Positions 37,007 through 46,297 of a stretch of DNA of 50,594 nt are shown in pieces. Position 1 is the first letter of the stretch. Each line of letters opens with the position of its first letter. Both the position numbers and the translations under genes were made by a program. The notes beneath the pieces were generated by a model that saw only the letters and a list, made by a program, of their open reading frames with translations, had not been told where the DNA came from and searched no databases. This DNA comes from Betaproteobacteria bacterium (lineage in GTDB: Bacteria > Pseudomonadota > Gammaproteobacteria > Burkholderiales > UBA3065): assembly GCA_009923755.1 (NCBI GenBank), contig RFSW01000003.1:1-50594 (forward strand), written 5' to 3'.

Positions 37007-37413
37007 CCCGCCGTCCACATTCCACATGAGACGCATGATGCCCCGCCTCCGGCGGGGCATTTCCATTCCGCCCGCCATCGCCCTTGGCGATACCCCAGAA
37101 AACATCGCGCCCCGGAAGCCAAAGCCTCCGGAGCGCGCCCGTCCACATTCCACAGTAGACAGATCGGAGCATGCCCCCGCACATGCAAACGAATGCCGAA
37201 AGCCATTCCATAGCATTCAATACATCCGATAATCAAATCTACAAATAGTATTTTTAACGCCAAATTAAATGGACTTGACGGAAAATCTTAATGTGGAGCC
37301 AGATGTGTCCGCGTAATACGCGAACGTGATCTGGCAGGGCGAATTCGCGAACCCCACCCGCCAGCCGGCTGCGCTTCCCGTCTCTCGCTCCGAACCCGAG
37401 CCAAAGGCCGCGA
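37007..37413. other. putative oriT region / mob promoter
   Basis: Non-coding, upstream of mobC-relaxase; 16-bp direct repeat (37011, 37139), several inverted repeats, weak MOBP-like ccctg^c on - strand near 37335. Confidence 0.45.
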
Positions 37414-37761
37414 TTGACGAACCAGAACACCGAGCAACACCGCACCATCATCCTGACCACCAGAGTCAACCCCGAAGAGCATGCCCTCATCATCGAGGCT
37501 GCTGCCCGTACCAATCTCCCTCCCGCCACCTATCTCCGCGCCGCCGCCCTCAATGCCAGACTGGTCGTGAGAACCTTCGCGACGATGGCGCCCGAGGACC
37601 TGGCGCAACTGAAACGGTTGGGCAATCTCCTCAACCAGATTGCGCGCTCGGGCTGGCGAGGACGCTTTACCCGGCCGACAGAAGAACTCCATGCCCGGGT
37701 GATGCTGGAGCTGCTGACCGTCATTCGCCGCCTCGGCTCGACCAAGTCGCCGTCGGCATGA
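37414..37761 (+). CDS. mobC: relaxosome accessory protein MobC
   Basis: RHH N-terminus; 'L.RLGN.LNQIAR'; ATGA overlap with relaxase. Confidence 0.88.
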   Translation: MTNQNTEQHRTIILTTRVNPEEHALIIEAAARTNLPPATYLRAAALNARLVVRTFATMAPEDLAQLKRLGNLLNQIARSGWRGRFTRPTEELHARVMLELLTVIRRLGSTKSPSA

Positions 37762-40253
37762 TCGTCGCGCGCATCGACAACGCCCGCTCCTCCCGGACGC
37801 CGTTCCGACGCGGCAGGTCGTTCAAAGGCGCTCTCAAATACCTTCTGACCGGATCGAAGACCGCACCCAGTCCGGAGCGCGTCCTCTACGCCGAGACCGT
37901 CAACATCTATGGCGACCTGAGCGACGCCGCCCATGCCATGGCCACGACATGGCAAGCCCGTTTTGCGCTCATGCGCGCGGCAGGTCTCGCGCCCAAAAAC
38001 GGTGCTGACAACAAGGCGCCGGTCTATCACCTCGTCATCTCCTGGTCGGCTGACGAAGATCCGCCGCCATCACGCGAGATGGCCGATCTGGCAAAACAGC
38101 TCCTCTGCCTGCTCGGCCTCGGCGAGCACGAGGCCGTCCTCGTGGTCCACGGGGATACCGATCACCCGCACATCCACATCATCGCCAATACCGTCCACCC
38201 GGTCACCGGCCGGACGGCCCCCCTGAGCTTCGACAATCGCATCATGCAGGGGTTCGCTGCCCGCTACGAGGAGTTGCGCGGCAAGATCGTCTGCACCGGT
38301 CGCTTTGCGCCCGAAGTCCGCTCGGCCTTCAACGCCGCGGCCGGACTGACCGCGCGCGGGCGGCGCCAGAGTCGCCCGAGGTGGCACCGCAGCACCGCGC
38401 CCGTCCGTGAGGCCGCCCGCATCGCGCTGCCTTCGGTCGTCCTCGAGGCTTTGACCCGTCACAACGCGACGTTCTCGGCCGCCGAGCTCGCCCGCGCCGT
38501 CACCGAGACGACGGCGACGCCGGGCGCGTTCGCCGATCTCATGGCCGCTGTCATGGCTTCGCCCGAGCTCGTCCGTCTGACCGATGCCGAGGGTGCTCCC
38601 CGTTACACCACACGCACCCAGCTCGACGCCGAGGCGCGCCTCGCCGCTTCCGCCGCGCATCTCGCCACAACGATCACGCACGACGTCACCACCGTGGCGC
38701 GCACCCGGGCCCTGTCACGCTTTGCCGGACCAGAGCAGAGCGGTCCCCGCGAGGCCCTCGCGCACCTGCTCGATCCGCGCGGCCTCTCGGCCGTCGTCGG
38801 CTATGCGGGCGCGGGCAAGTCGACGCTTCTCAAAGCGGCCGCCGAGGCCTGGCACGCCTCGGGATATCGATTGCGGGGGCTGGCGCTCGCCGGGCGCGCG
38901 GCCGAGGCCCTCGAGGCCGACTCCGGCATTCCCTCCGGCACCATCGCCGGCTTTCTGATGGGCCTCGACTCCGGCGCCGTCGTGCTCGGCGCCAAGGACA
39001 TCATCGTCATCGACGAGGCCGGCATGGTCGCGAGCCGACAACTCGACCGGCTTCTGTTCGCCGTCCGCCAGGCCGGCGCCAAGGTCGTCCTTGTCGGCGA
39101 TCCCGAACAGCTCCAGGCGATCGAAGCCGGCGGCCCCTTCCGCTACATCGTCGAGCATTTCGAGCACGCGCGTCTCACGACGATCTGGCGCCAGAAGGAA
39201 GCCTGGATGCGCGAGGCCACCCGGAACCTGGCAGAGGGCGCGACGCAGCTTGCCCTCACCGCCTACACGAACGCCGGTATGGTGCAAGCGCATGACGCCA
39301 AGGCCGACGCCATCACCTCGATCCTCGACATGTGGCTCGCCAACCGCGAGCGCGGTCTCTCGCAGCTGATCCTGACCGCCACCAACGCAGATGCAGGGCT
39401 CGTCAACACGGCCGCACGCGGTCGCCTCAAGGAGATGGGTGTTCTCGGCCCCGACACCGTCGTGGACCTCGAGGAGGGTCCCATGGCCGTCGCCGCCGGC
39501 GACCGCATCGTCTTCCGCCGCAACGACCGCACGCTCGGCGTCAAGAACGGTACCACGGGCACGCTCGTCACCGTCGCCGGCCAGGGTCTCGTCGTCGCGG
39601 TCGACGGTCCCCCGCCACGGCTCGTGGAGGTCGATACGGCCCGCTATCCCCACATTGCCCACGGCTATGCCGTGACGATCCATAAGGCACAGGGCGCGAC
39701 CGTCGATCGCACGTACGTTCTCGCCGCCCCCAACATGGACCGGCATTCGGCCTATGTCGCGCTCAGCCGCCACCGCGAGCGGGTCTCGCTGCACTGGTCG
39801 AAGGATGTCTTCCCCGACGTCGCCATCCTCGCCCGGCGGCTGGCGCGCAAGCGCCTCAAGGATACGACCCTCGATTACCGGGAGGAGGTCGCCGCCAAGC
39901 TGCGCACCGTGACAGCCAAGGCCCGCGCCGCGACAGCGACCATGCCCGATACCAAGGCCTGGGCGGGTTTCCTCGCCGCGCAACGCGCCGAAGCGGACCA
40001 CGTCGCCGGCATGAGCACGCTGCGTCGCACCTTCTGGATGGCTGCCCATCTCGACCGGTTCGTCCGCGCGCGCGCCGTCACGCTTGCCGGGCTGCAGACT
40101 CGCGAGCGCGCCGCATTCGCGGCAATGCTGCGCAAAGCACCCGTCGGTGACGCGCAACCGGGGGCATGCCCCACAGCTCGACCATCCGGCATCGAACCGG
40201 CGGCGCCGCGACGTCCGTCCCTCCCCCGCGGACCGGCGCCCCGCACACCATAG
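37758..40253 (+). CDS. MOBP-type relaxase fused to TraA/RecD-like helicase
   Basis: YHLVISW...H.DTDHPHIHII.N.V.P; GYAGAGKS, DEAGM, GD.EQL, GYA.TIHK.QG.TVD, YVALSRHR. Confidence 0.92.
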   Translation: MIVARIDNARSSRTPFRRGRSFKGALKYLLTGSKTAPSPERVLYAETVNIYGDLSDAAHAMATTWQARFALMRAAGLAPKNGADNKAPVYHLVISWSADEDPPPSREMADLAKQLLCLLGLGEHEAVLVVHGDTDHPHIHIIANTVHPVTGRTAPLSFDNRIMQGFAARYEELRGKIVCTGRFAPEVRSAFNAAAGLTARGRRQSRPRWHRSTAPVREAARIALPSVVLEALTRHNATFSAAELARAVTETTATPGAFADLMAAVMASPELVRLTDAEGAPRYTTRTQLDAEARLAASAAHLATTITHDVTTVARTRALSRFAGPEQSGPREALAHLLDPRGLSAVVGYAGAGKSTLLKAAAEAWHASGYRLRGLALAGRAAEALEADSGIPSGTIAGFLMGLDSGAVVLGAKDIIVIDEAGMVASRQLDRLLFAVRQAGAKVVLVGDPEQLQAIEAGGPFRYIVEHFEHARLTTIWRQKEAWMREATRNLAEGATQLALTAYTNAGMVQAHDAKADAITSILDMWLANRERGLSQLILTATNADAGLVNTAARGRLKEMGVLGPDTVVDLEEGPMAVAAGDRIVFRRNDRTLGVKNGTTGTLVTVAGQGLVVAVDGPPPRLVEVDTARYPHIAHGYAVTIHKAQGATVDRTYVLAAPNMDRHSAYVALSRHRERVSLHWSKDVFPDVAILARRLARKRLKDTTLDYREEVAAKLRTVTAKARAATATMPDTKAWAGFLAAQRAEADHVAGMSTLRRTFWMAAHLDRFVRARAVTLAGLQTRERAAFAAMLRKAPVGDAQPGACPTARPSGIEPAAPRRPSLPRGPAPRTP

Positions 40254-40286
40254 ACACCGTGACGGTCCACACCCCGGCGCTCGCCC

Positions 40287-41429
40287 TCAATTGAGCCGTT
40301 GACCGCTCTCGGCCACGGCCGCGGTTTTGAGGCCAATTCCGACATAGCGCGTGCGCCGCCGCTGCCGCACCTTCTCGAGGCCGAGACTGTCGATCTGGCG
40401 CACGAAGGCCGGCATGGTCAGCGGCCGGACGCCCCGGCTCTCGCACCACGTCCGATAGGCCTCGTAAAGCGCGGTCGCGGTGAACGCGTCGCGGCCCGCG
40501 CGATCGACCTGCTCCTGGCAGAACTGCGCGACACTATTCCTGCGGGCGCCCCCTTCATCGGTTTGCGCCGGCGGCGGTAACGCGATTGGCACCGTCACGA
40601 CCGGGCCGACGACGATGTCCGGGGCGGCGCCCCTGTCGTCCGGATTGCCCGAACGCCCCTGCCAGAGGCTCATGGCCATGTACATGCCGAGGCCCGATCC
40701 GACTTCGAGCAGGATCGCCACGAACACGACGAGCCTGAACTGCACGCGCGCCACATCGAGACCGAGAAGCTCGGCGAGCACGGCGGCCTGCGGGTCCGCT
40801 CCGCCCGACGCCGCCGCGCCGTTCATTCCTTCGAGCTTTGTCTGCGCGTCCCGGATGCGCAGGCCGAGCGCCTCGGCCTGCTGCCCCGACTCGAGCTCGA
40901 CAACGAGGGTCTGGTATTTCTGGCAATAGTCCCGCGAGATTTTGCCCGTGACCGCCGTGCAGGACTGCGTCGCCGTCCACAGCCGCTCAGCCTTGAGGCC
41001 CGCGATCTCGGCCCGCACGGCAGCCGGCGGCCGATGCGGCGCAATCCACGACAGCTGGTCTTGCGCCCGTTTCAGGTCGTCGCTGACCGCCTTGTAGGCC
41101 TGGATCTCGACCAGCCGATGTCCGGCCGTCGCATTGCGGTTCAGGGCCGCATGACCGAGAGCAGCAGCGAGCGAGTAGGCCGTGACGACGGCGCCGACCA
41201 CGGCGGCCGCCGCCGCGTGCGACCACATCCGGTTGCGCACCGCCGCGAAGAAGAAGAACGGCACGAGCGCCTTCAAAGCGTCGGCAGCGGCAGAGGCTCC
41301 GGCATAGATGAAGCCGTCGACCTCGGTCCGCCCGAGGCTGTAGCCGAACCGCCAGTTCATTGCCCCCGAGACCAGCACGAGGAGGCCCGCTGCCATCACG
41401 CCGAGGATGCCGCACACATGCCGGATCAT
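40287..41429 (-). CDS. multi-TM/coiled-coil protein with C-terminal D5-primase-type winged helix
   Basis: About 4 hydrophobic helices, coiled coil, 'LY.AY..WC...G.......F...GL.K.....Y.GI.L'. Confidence 0.8.
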   Translation of the reverse strand: MIRHVCGILGVMAAGLLVLVSGAMNWRFGYSLGRTEVDGFIYAGASAAADALKALVPFFFFAAVRNRMWSHAAAAAVVGAVVTAYSLAAALGHAALNRNATAGHRLVEIQAYKAVSDDLKRAQDQLSWIAPHRPPAAVRAEIAGLKAERLWTATQSCTAVTGKISRDYCQKYQTLVVELESGQQAEALGLRIRDAQTKLEGMNGAAASGGADPQAAVLAELLGLDVARVQFRLVVFVAILLEVGSGLGMYMAMSLWQGRSGNPDDRGAAPDIVVGPVVTVPIALPPPAQTDEGGARRNSVAQFCQEQVDRAGRDAFTATALYEAYRTWCESRGVRPLTMPAFVRQIDSLGLEKVRQRRRTRYVGIGLKTAAVAESGQRLN

Positions 41430-41467
41430 GGCCTCACCTCGTTGTGCGGGCAGCGATTGAAGCCGCC

Positions 41468-42106
41468 TCAGAAGGGAATGTCATCGCCATGCGCGTTGTC
41501 TCTGAGAGCCCGGTGAAACGCGGCGTAGGCGGCCATGATGACTTCGCTCACCGCCGCACTCCTGCTGTCGTCCCCCTCACGGTCCCCGAGCTGCGCCCTC
41601 ATCTCGGCATGCAGCACCGGCGGCAGCGTCACGGCGAGCGTGACGTCCTCGCCGAGCGGGCCAACGCGGCCGATACGGATCGGTCCGGCCTCCTGGGAAA
41701 CCTGCGCAGCGGCCGCGAGCAGCGTCCCGGCTTCGCTGATGCTCCAGATGACCATGCTCGTCAGGGGATCGGCCTGCTGTTCCGCAGAGGCCTCCGGCAG
41801 CTCCAGCAACTCCTCGCGCAGCATGTCGTCCTCGATCACCTCGTGGGCGAGCTCGCCGAGGATGTCGACAACCGCATCGACCAGCTTCTCCCCCGGAGCG
41901 AGCCCCGCCGTGATCTCCGCGCACGCCGACGCTCTGACCGCGAGCGTCACATCGAGCGACCGCCGCCGTTCGGTGATGCCGGTGATGCGTACCCAGTCGA
42001 ATGCGTCGGGGGCGATCGCCATGCCATCCCGCCAGAGGTCGAGATCCATCTCGCTGATGCGCCGCGCCGGCAGCGTGATCTCCTCGTTGTCCGTCTCGAT
42101 AGTCAT
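41468..42106 (-). CDS. hypothetical protein, paralogue of upstream gene
   Basis: GAGGAGG RBS, ATGA overlap; ends DDIPF. Confidence 0.7.
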   Translation of the reverse strand: MTIETDNEEITLPARRISEMDLDLWRDGMAIAPDAFDWVRITGITERRRSLDVTLAVRASACAEITAGLAPGEKLVDAVVDILGELAHEVIEDDMLREELLELPEASAEQQADPLTSMVIWSISEAGTLLAAAAQVSQEAGPIRIGRVGPLGEDVTLAVTLPPVLHAEMRAQLGDREGDDSRSAAVSEVIMAAYAAFHRALRDNAHGDDIPF

Positions 42107-42762
42107 GGGCGTCCTCCTCTCTCTGCGTTGGCTCTATCCTCGAGCGCCTGCTCCTCGCTCCTGGCTGTTCTCACGATCCCGGTGATGACGCGGACGACCG
42201 TGTCGTCGTCGGAACGCGCCCCAAGCCGCGCCATTGCCTCGGCCCGGAGGGCAGCCGGTAGCAGCACGGCGAGCACCACTTCGTCCGGCTCCAGCACGCC
42301 CAGTCGCAGGATCCGCGTGGTGGACACCTCTCCGCGCGCGCCGGCCACGAGACGCACCACGAGACCCGCGTCCTCGATCGGCCAGAGGGCGACGAGCGCT
42401 TCGGCTGAGACGGCGTCACGCGCGACACAGGGAATCTCAGCGACAAGCCTCTTGGCGAAATCGCGCGCAGCGATCGCGTCGCCGTCCTCGCGCAGCAGTT
42501 TGGCGATCGCGGCCTCGATCGACGGATACTCCGCCGTCTTTGCGCGGGCGCGGGCGAGGTAAGCCGGTGTGAGCCTCACGGTCACGTCGACATCGTCCCC
42601 AGAGCGCCACCTGCGGCCCGTCTCGAGAACACCCGCCATCCGCGCGGGATCACATCGGCGCGCCTCTCCCCAATGCCACAGCCCATAGCGGTCGAGGCGC
42701 AACACGAAGCTCTCCGTGCCCTGCACCGGCGCTGTCGTCCGTTTGTCGATTCCCCTCGTCAT
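42103..42762 (-). CDS. hypothetical protein with RHH-like units
   Basis: GAGGTG RBS; similarity to 41468-42106. Confidence 0.7.
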   Translation of the reverse strand: MTRGIDKRTTAPVQGTESFVLRLDRYGLWHWGEARRCDPARMAGVLETGRRWRSGDDVDVTVRLTPAYLARARAKTAEYPSIEAAIAKLLREDGDAIAARDFAKRLVAEIPCVARDAVSAEALVALWPIEDAGLVVRLVAGARGEVSTTRILRLGVLEPDEVVLAVLLPAALRAEAMARLGARSDDDTVVRVITGIVRTARSEEQALEDRANAERGGRP

Positions 42763-42790
42763 GTGCACCTCGCCGGCTCTGAAAAAGCAT

Positions 42791-42810
42791 CGAAAACATA
42801 GCTGTTTTCG
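42791..42810. promoter_or_regulatory. palindrome cgaaaaca-tagc-tgttttcg, probable operator
   Basis: Perfect 8-bp IR 28 bp upstream of the 42762 start. Confidence 0.5.
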
Positions 42811-43410
42811 GCGTTTTCGTCAGCACTCAGAACCTCTCGGCGCATGCCATCGCATGCCGCAACATTGTCGGCAGCCCTTGCTACACGCCACGGACGGCGA
42901 GGCGTTCTGCATGTCGCGAGGAGGCACCTGACGATCGGGCGATGCTCTCCGCCGCTCAGAGATGAAAGAACCCGGATCAGATCGACACGCGCGCTGTATC
43001 ACGCGCTCGGCCTGGACGTATTCGTGCGGTATCACCGCCTCCATGCGCGCGCCGTCCTATTATCGATGACGGTCCGACGCCGGAGTTGCGCCAGGCGGCA
43101 CCGTCGCGTTCGTGACGAAGCGGCTCTGATTTCTCCGAGCGCGTGAACAATCACGAATTCGCGCGTGACCGAGAGCATCGCAACAGTCTCCTCGCCCTCG
43201 TGCGACCGCGGTCTCACTTGCCGGTGTGCCCGCGTCGCTGATGACGCCACAGCACCGAGCACGGCTCGATTGCGGCCGGCGCCGCCGCCATCGGCAGCAT
43301 TGCGCCCGTCCGTTTCCATCACACGCCCTGCAGAGACAGCCCTCGGGCGCATCGGCAAAGGGACCGGGGTGTCTTGCACGATGCTCCGTCTGCTCTCGGT
43401 GCGATCCGAA

Positions 43411-43607
43411 GCCCACGCACGTCCTCGATGATGGGTCCTAACCGCCTCCCGCTCGCTTGCGATCAACAGGCTGCCCGCTCCGTTCGCCCCCCGACGCAAA
43501 GCTGGGGGCTCCCGTGTTGCCTGTGTGACGCGCTCCCGGGGGCGGTTGTGACGGATCCCATCGGACGGGCGTGGTGCTCGTCCCCACAACGAAAAACGGA
43601 GCAAAAC
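43411..43607 (+). promoter_or_regulatory. long hairpin leader of the small-gene array
   Basis: gatgggtcc-taaccgcc pairs with ggcggttg...ggatcccatc; ccacgc/gcgtgg outer stem. Confidence 0.55.
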
Positions 43608-43841
43608 ATGAGCAAGAAACCCAACGAGTCCAACCGGCCGACGCACGCCATCTGGCTGGTCACTGGCGAAGGCGAGAAATCGCGATGGAACCGCATCGGA
43701 TCGGCCTGGCTGCACAACGACAAGAAGGGCGCCAACCTGAAGTTCGAGAGCTTCCCGCTCACCGGCCGCGTCGTGATCCGCGAGATCGAGGACAACATTA
43801 CCGGAGACGCCGACGCCGCAGCGCAAGGGGGTGAGCAATGA
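43608..43841 (+). CDS. small plasmid protein with W.RIG.AW motif (possible ssDNA binder)
   Basis: GGAG RBS; RWNRIGSAW...KG.NL. Confidence 0.8.
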   Translation: MSKKPNESNRPTHAIWLVTGEGEKSRWNRIGSAWLHNDKKGANLKFESFPLTGRVVIREIEDNITGDADAAAQGGEQ

Positions 43842-44011
43842 GCCCCTTGCTGTTCAGCCCCAACGTCGACGACGCCTTCGACATGTTCATCGGCTCGACG
43901 ATCCGCAGCACCGACGATCTCTACTTCCTCGACGGAGAAACCGCCTTCCGCAGAAGCGGACGGTCCATCGAGACCTTCGACGCCGAACTCGCACTGGGAG
44001 GTCAGCCATGA
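43838..44011 (+). CDS. 57-aa acidic protein (MSPLLFSPNVDDAF...GGQP)
   Basis: ATGA overlaps on both sides; below ORF-track cutoff. Confidence 0.7.
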   Translation: MSPLLFSPNVDDAFDMFIGSTIRSTDDLYFLDGETAFRRSGRSIETFDAELALGGQP

Positions 44012-44190
44012 CCTCCCAGCAAATCAAGACCAGGTTCGCCGACGCCGTGTCCCTGCTCGCGATGTGCGAGCACCTGCTCGAGGACCCCTATGTCCAGGAG
44101 CGGCACTGGGAGCTCGTCGACCTCAAGCATCGTGTCCAGGGCTTCATGGACCACTACCGCCAACACCTCGCCGAAGGAGGTGCCGCATGA
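44008..44190 (+). CDS. 60-aa protein
   Basis: GGAGG RBS plus ATGA overlap. Confidence 0.75.
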   Translation: MTSQQIKTRFADAVSLLAMCEHLLEDPYVQERHWELVDLKHRVQGFMDHYRQHLAEGGAA

Positions 44191-44393
44191 TCCGCGCCGA
44201 CATTCGCCTACGGCGGGCCAAAGCCCAGGTCGTCATCGACGCCTACTGCGACACGCCGCTCAAACGCGCGCAGCACGAGGCCCTGATCGATGTCCTGGCC
44301 GACCTCATGCACTGGACCGACGGCAAGAAGCTCGACTTCCAGAACGCACTCCGCCACGCGCAATCCCACCACGACGCGGAGGTGCAGCCATGA
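44187..44393 (+). CDS. 68-aa protein (D.LADL.HW motif)
   Basis: GGAGG RBS plus ATGA overlap. Confidence 0.75.
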   Translation: MIRADIRLRRAKAQVVIDAYCDTPLKRAQHEALIDVLADLMHWTDGKKLDFQNALRHAQSHHDAEVQP

Positions 44394-44713
44394 GCTTCTG
44401 CATCTGTACGACCTGTGGCAGCCGCTACGCGTGGGCGTGGGAGGAAGCGTTCGACAAGTTCGGCTTCCATGACGGCGACGGCCTGGTCATGACCGAGACC
44501 GTGGCGGACGCTCTGAGGGCCGCGGACTTCACCGTCCGCACCGAGGTCTTCGGCTTCCACAACCTCGTCATCACTGCCATCGAGCGCGACGGCCGTTCCT
44601 TCATCCCGGACGGCACCAGCCTCGGCTATGCCGATCCGAGAGCCTATCTCCCGGACGACATCGTCCCCCTCCTCGATGCGGCGTTCCCCGAGCACGCGGA
44701 GGTGCAGCCATGA
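44390..44713 (+). CDS. 107-aa acidic protein
   Basis: GGAGG RBS plus ATGA overlap. Confidence 0.75.
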   Translation: MSFCICTTCGSRYAWAWEEAFDKFGFHDGDGLVMTETVADALRAADFTVRTEVFGFHNLVITAIERDGRSFIPDGTSLGYADPRAYLPDDIVPLLDAAFPEHAEVQP

Positions 44714-44928
44714 GCACCGTCCGCGACACCTTCGGTCTGTGCTGCCCGACTTGCGGCAAAGACCACGCCCTGATGGTCGAGATCACGACCATGGCCCGGC
44801 TTCACGGCGACGGCACCGAAACCGTCGGCGACGAGGAATGGGCCATCGACAGCCCGTGCGGATGCACGGCCTGCGGTACCTGGGGCATCGTCGGCAACTT
44901 CATCGTCAGCGAAGGAGGCCAGCCATGA
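44710..44928 (+). CDS. small Zn-ribbon protein (CPTC...CTAC)
   Basis: Two CxxC; paralogue of 49915-50244. Confidence 0.75.
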   Translation: MSTVRDTFGLCCPTCGKDHALMVEITTMARLHGDGTETVGDEEWAIDSPCGCTACGTWGIVGNFIVSEGGQP

Positions 44929-45608
44929 CCACCTTCGCCAGCCCCGCCACATGGAGCGCCCGTCGGACGAGCGTACGCGAGGCGCAGAGCCTACCCGCAC
45001 GGTCCGTTCCAAGACGATTGCCGAACGAGTTCTATCCGACACCGCCCGAAGCCACGCGTGCGCTCCTCTCCGTCGAGCATTTCGACGGGGACATATGGGA
45101 GCCTGCGTGCGGCGACGGACGCATCGCCAAAGTGCTCGAACGGCACGGCCATCCCGTGGTCGCGACCGACCTCTACCCCTACGGCTACGGTGCAACCGGC
45201 GTCGACTTCCTGCGCGAGCGGGAACCGCGCGCCAAGCACATCGTGACCAATCCGCCCTAAGGGTGGGGTCTCGCCGACCGCTTCGTGCGCCAGGCCCTGC
45301 GCCTGACGGCGAAAACCGGCGGCAAGGTCGCCATGCTGCTCAACATGGCCTCGCTCTGTCATTCACGCCGGACCGACGAGTGGCGCGAGACGCCGCCCGC
45401 CCGGATCTATGCGGTCGACGACATCGTCTGCTGGCCCGAAGACCGCTACGGCCCGCCGCCGCGCCACTTCACCAAGCATCGCTACGTCTGGGCCGTCTGG
45501 ACGCACGATCACAACGGCCCGCCAGCCTTCTGGTGGCTCTCCGGCGCGGAGTTTCGCGCCGCAAACGACGTTCCATCCCAAGCCTTCAACCCAAGGAGTT
45601 TCTCATGA
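44925..45608 (+). pseudogene. small amino-DNA methyltransferase with in-frame TAA at the NPP(Y) position
   Basis: FYPTPP, WEPACGDG, VDFL, IVTNPP*; frame continues GWGLADRFV...KVAMLL. Confidence 0.85.
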
Positions 45609-45970
45609 CCGATACATCCCTCATCCGACTTGCCCACGCCTATGTCTGCCCGCGCGCCATGACCACGGCCCTCGTTCTCGAAGGCCGGCGCGCACGGCGC
45701 CTCAATCGACCGGAGATCGCCGGCATCGTGCGCGAGAACAACGGCGACAGCATCATGGCCGACGCCATCGCCATCCGCCTCGATCTCATCGCGACGCTGA
45801 TCGATATCGATGACGACCTGAAGCACATCGCCGCGCGGCTCGCGCCCGAGACGATAGGTCCGGTGCTCGCGGCCGTTCCGTTGCGCATCCGCGACAACAG
45901 TCTCGACGTCGACGCCGACGCGCTCGTCGCCACGCTCGTGCGCGCCGTGCCACCCGCAGGCGTCGCTTGA
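45605..45970 (+). CDS. hypothetical protein
   Basis: AAGGAG RBS, ATGA overlap. Confidence 0.7.
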   Translation: MTDTSLIRLAHAYVCPRAMTTALVLEGRRARRLNRPEIAGIVRENNGDSIMADAIAIRLDLIATLIDIDDDLKHIAARLAPETIGPVLAAVPLRIRDNSLDVDADALVATLVRAVPPAGVA

Positions 45971-46020
45971 GGCGCAGGTCCGTTCATCTTTATACATATG
46001 ATTTTAGAAAGGCTCATTCC

Positions 46021-46251
46021 ATGTCAGACCATAATCCCGTCACCCTTCTCCTCACGGTCCTCGCGCAGCATCTGCACGAGGCCAGTGCGACCGCCACCGC
46101 AGCCTGCGAGGCTGCGCGCGCCGGCAACCAGAACCTCGCGATCGGCACCCTGCTTCCGGCCGAACGCCTGTGCACCGAGGCCCAAGCGCTCCTGAGCGTC
46201 GTCCTCTCGCTCCACGCCCATATGCGGGATGTGCCGAAAGACAGCGTGTGA
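46021..46251 (+). CDS. 76-aa helical protein
   Basis: AAAGG RBS; 'A..G..N.AIGTL' helix. Confidence 0.6.
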   Translation: MSDHNPVTLLLTVLAQHLHEASATATAACEAARAGNQNLAIGTLLPAERLCTEAQALLSVVLSLHAHMRDVPKDSV

Positions 46252-46297
46252 GTGCCCGCCCTCTGCATCGCAGAAGACGTTCCGTGTCGTGGCCCGC

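Noticed and set aside
37326-37757. Extension of the relaxase ORF
   Set aside because: Overlaps mobC; ATGA coupling supports 37758
43997-44930. Junction repeats as a CRISPR array or integron attC sites
   Set aside because: Spacing is gene-sized and irregular, repeats are RBS/start motifs, no cas or intI, no attC ends
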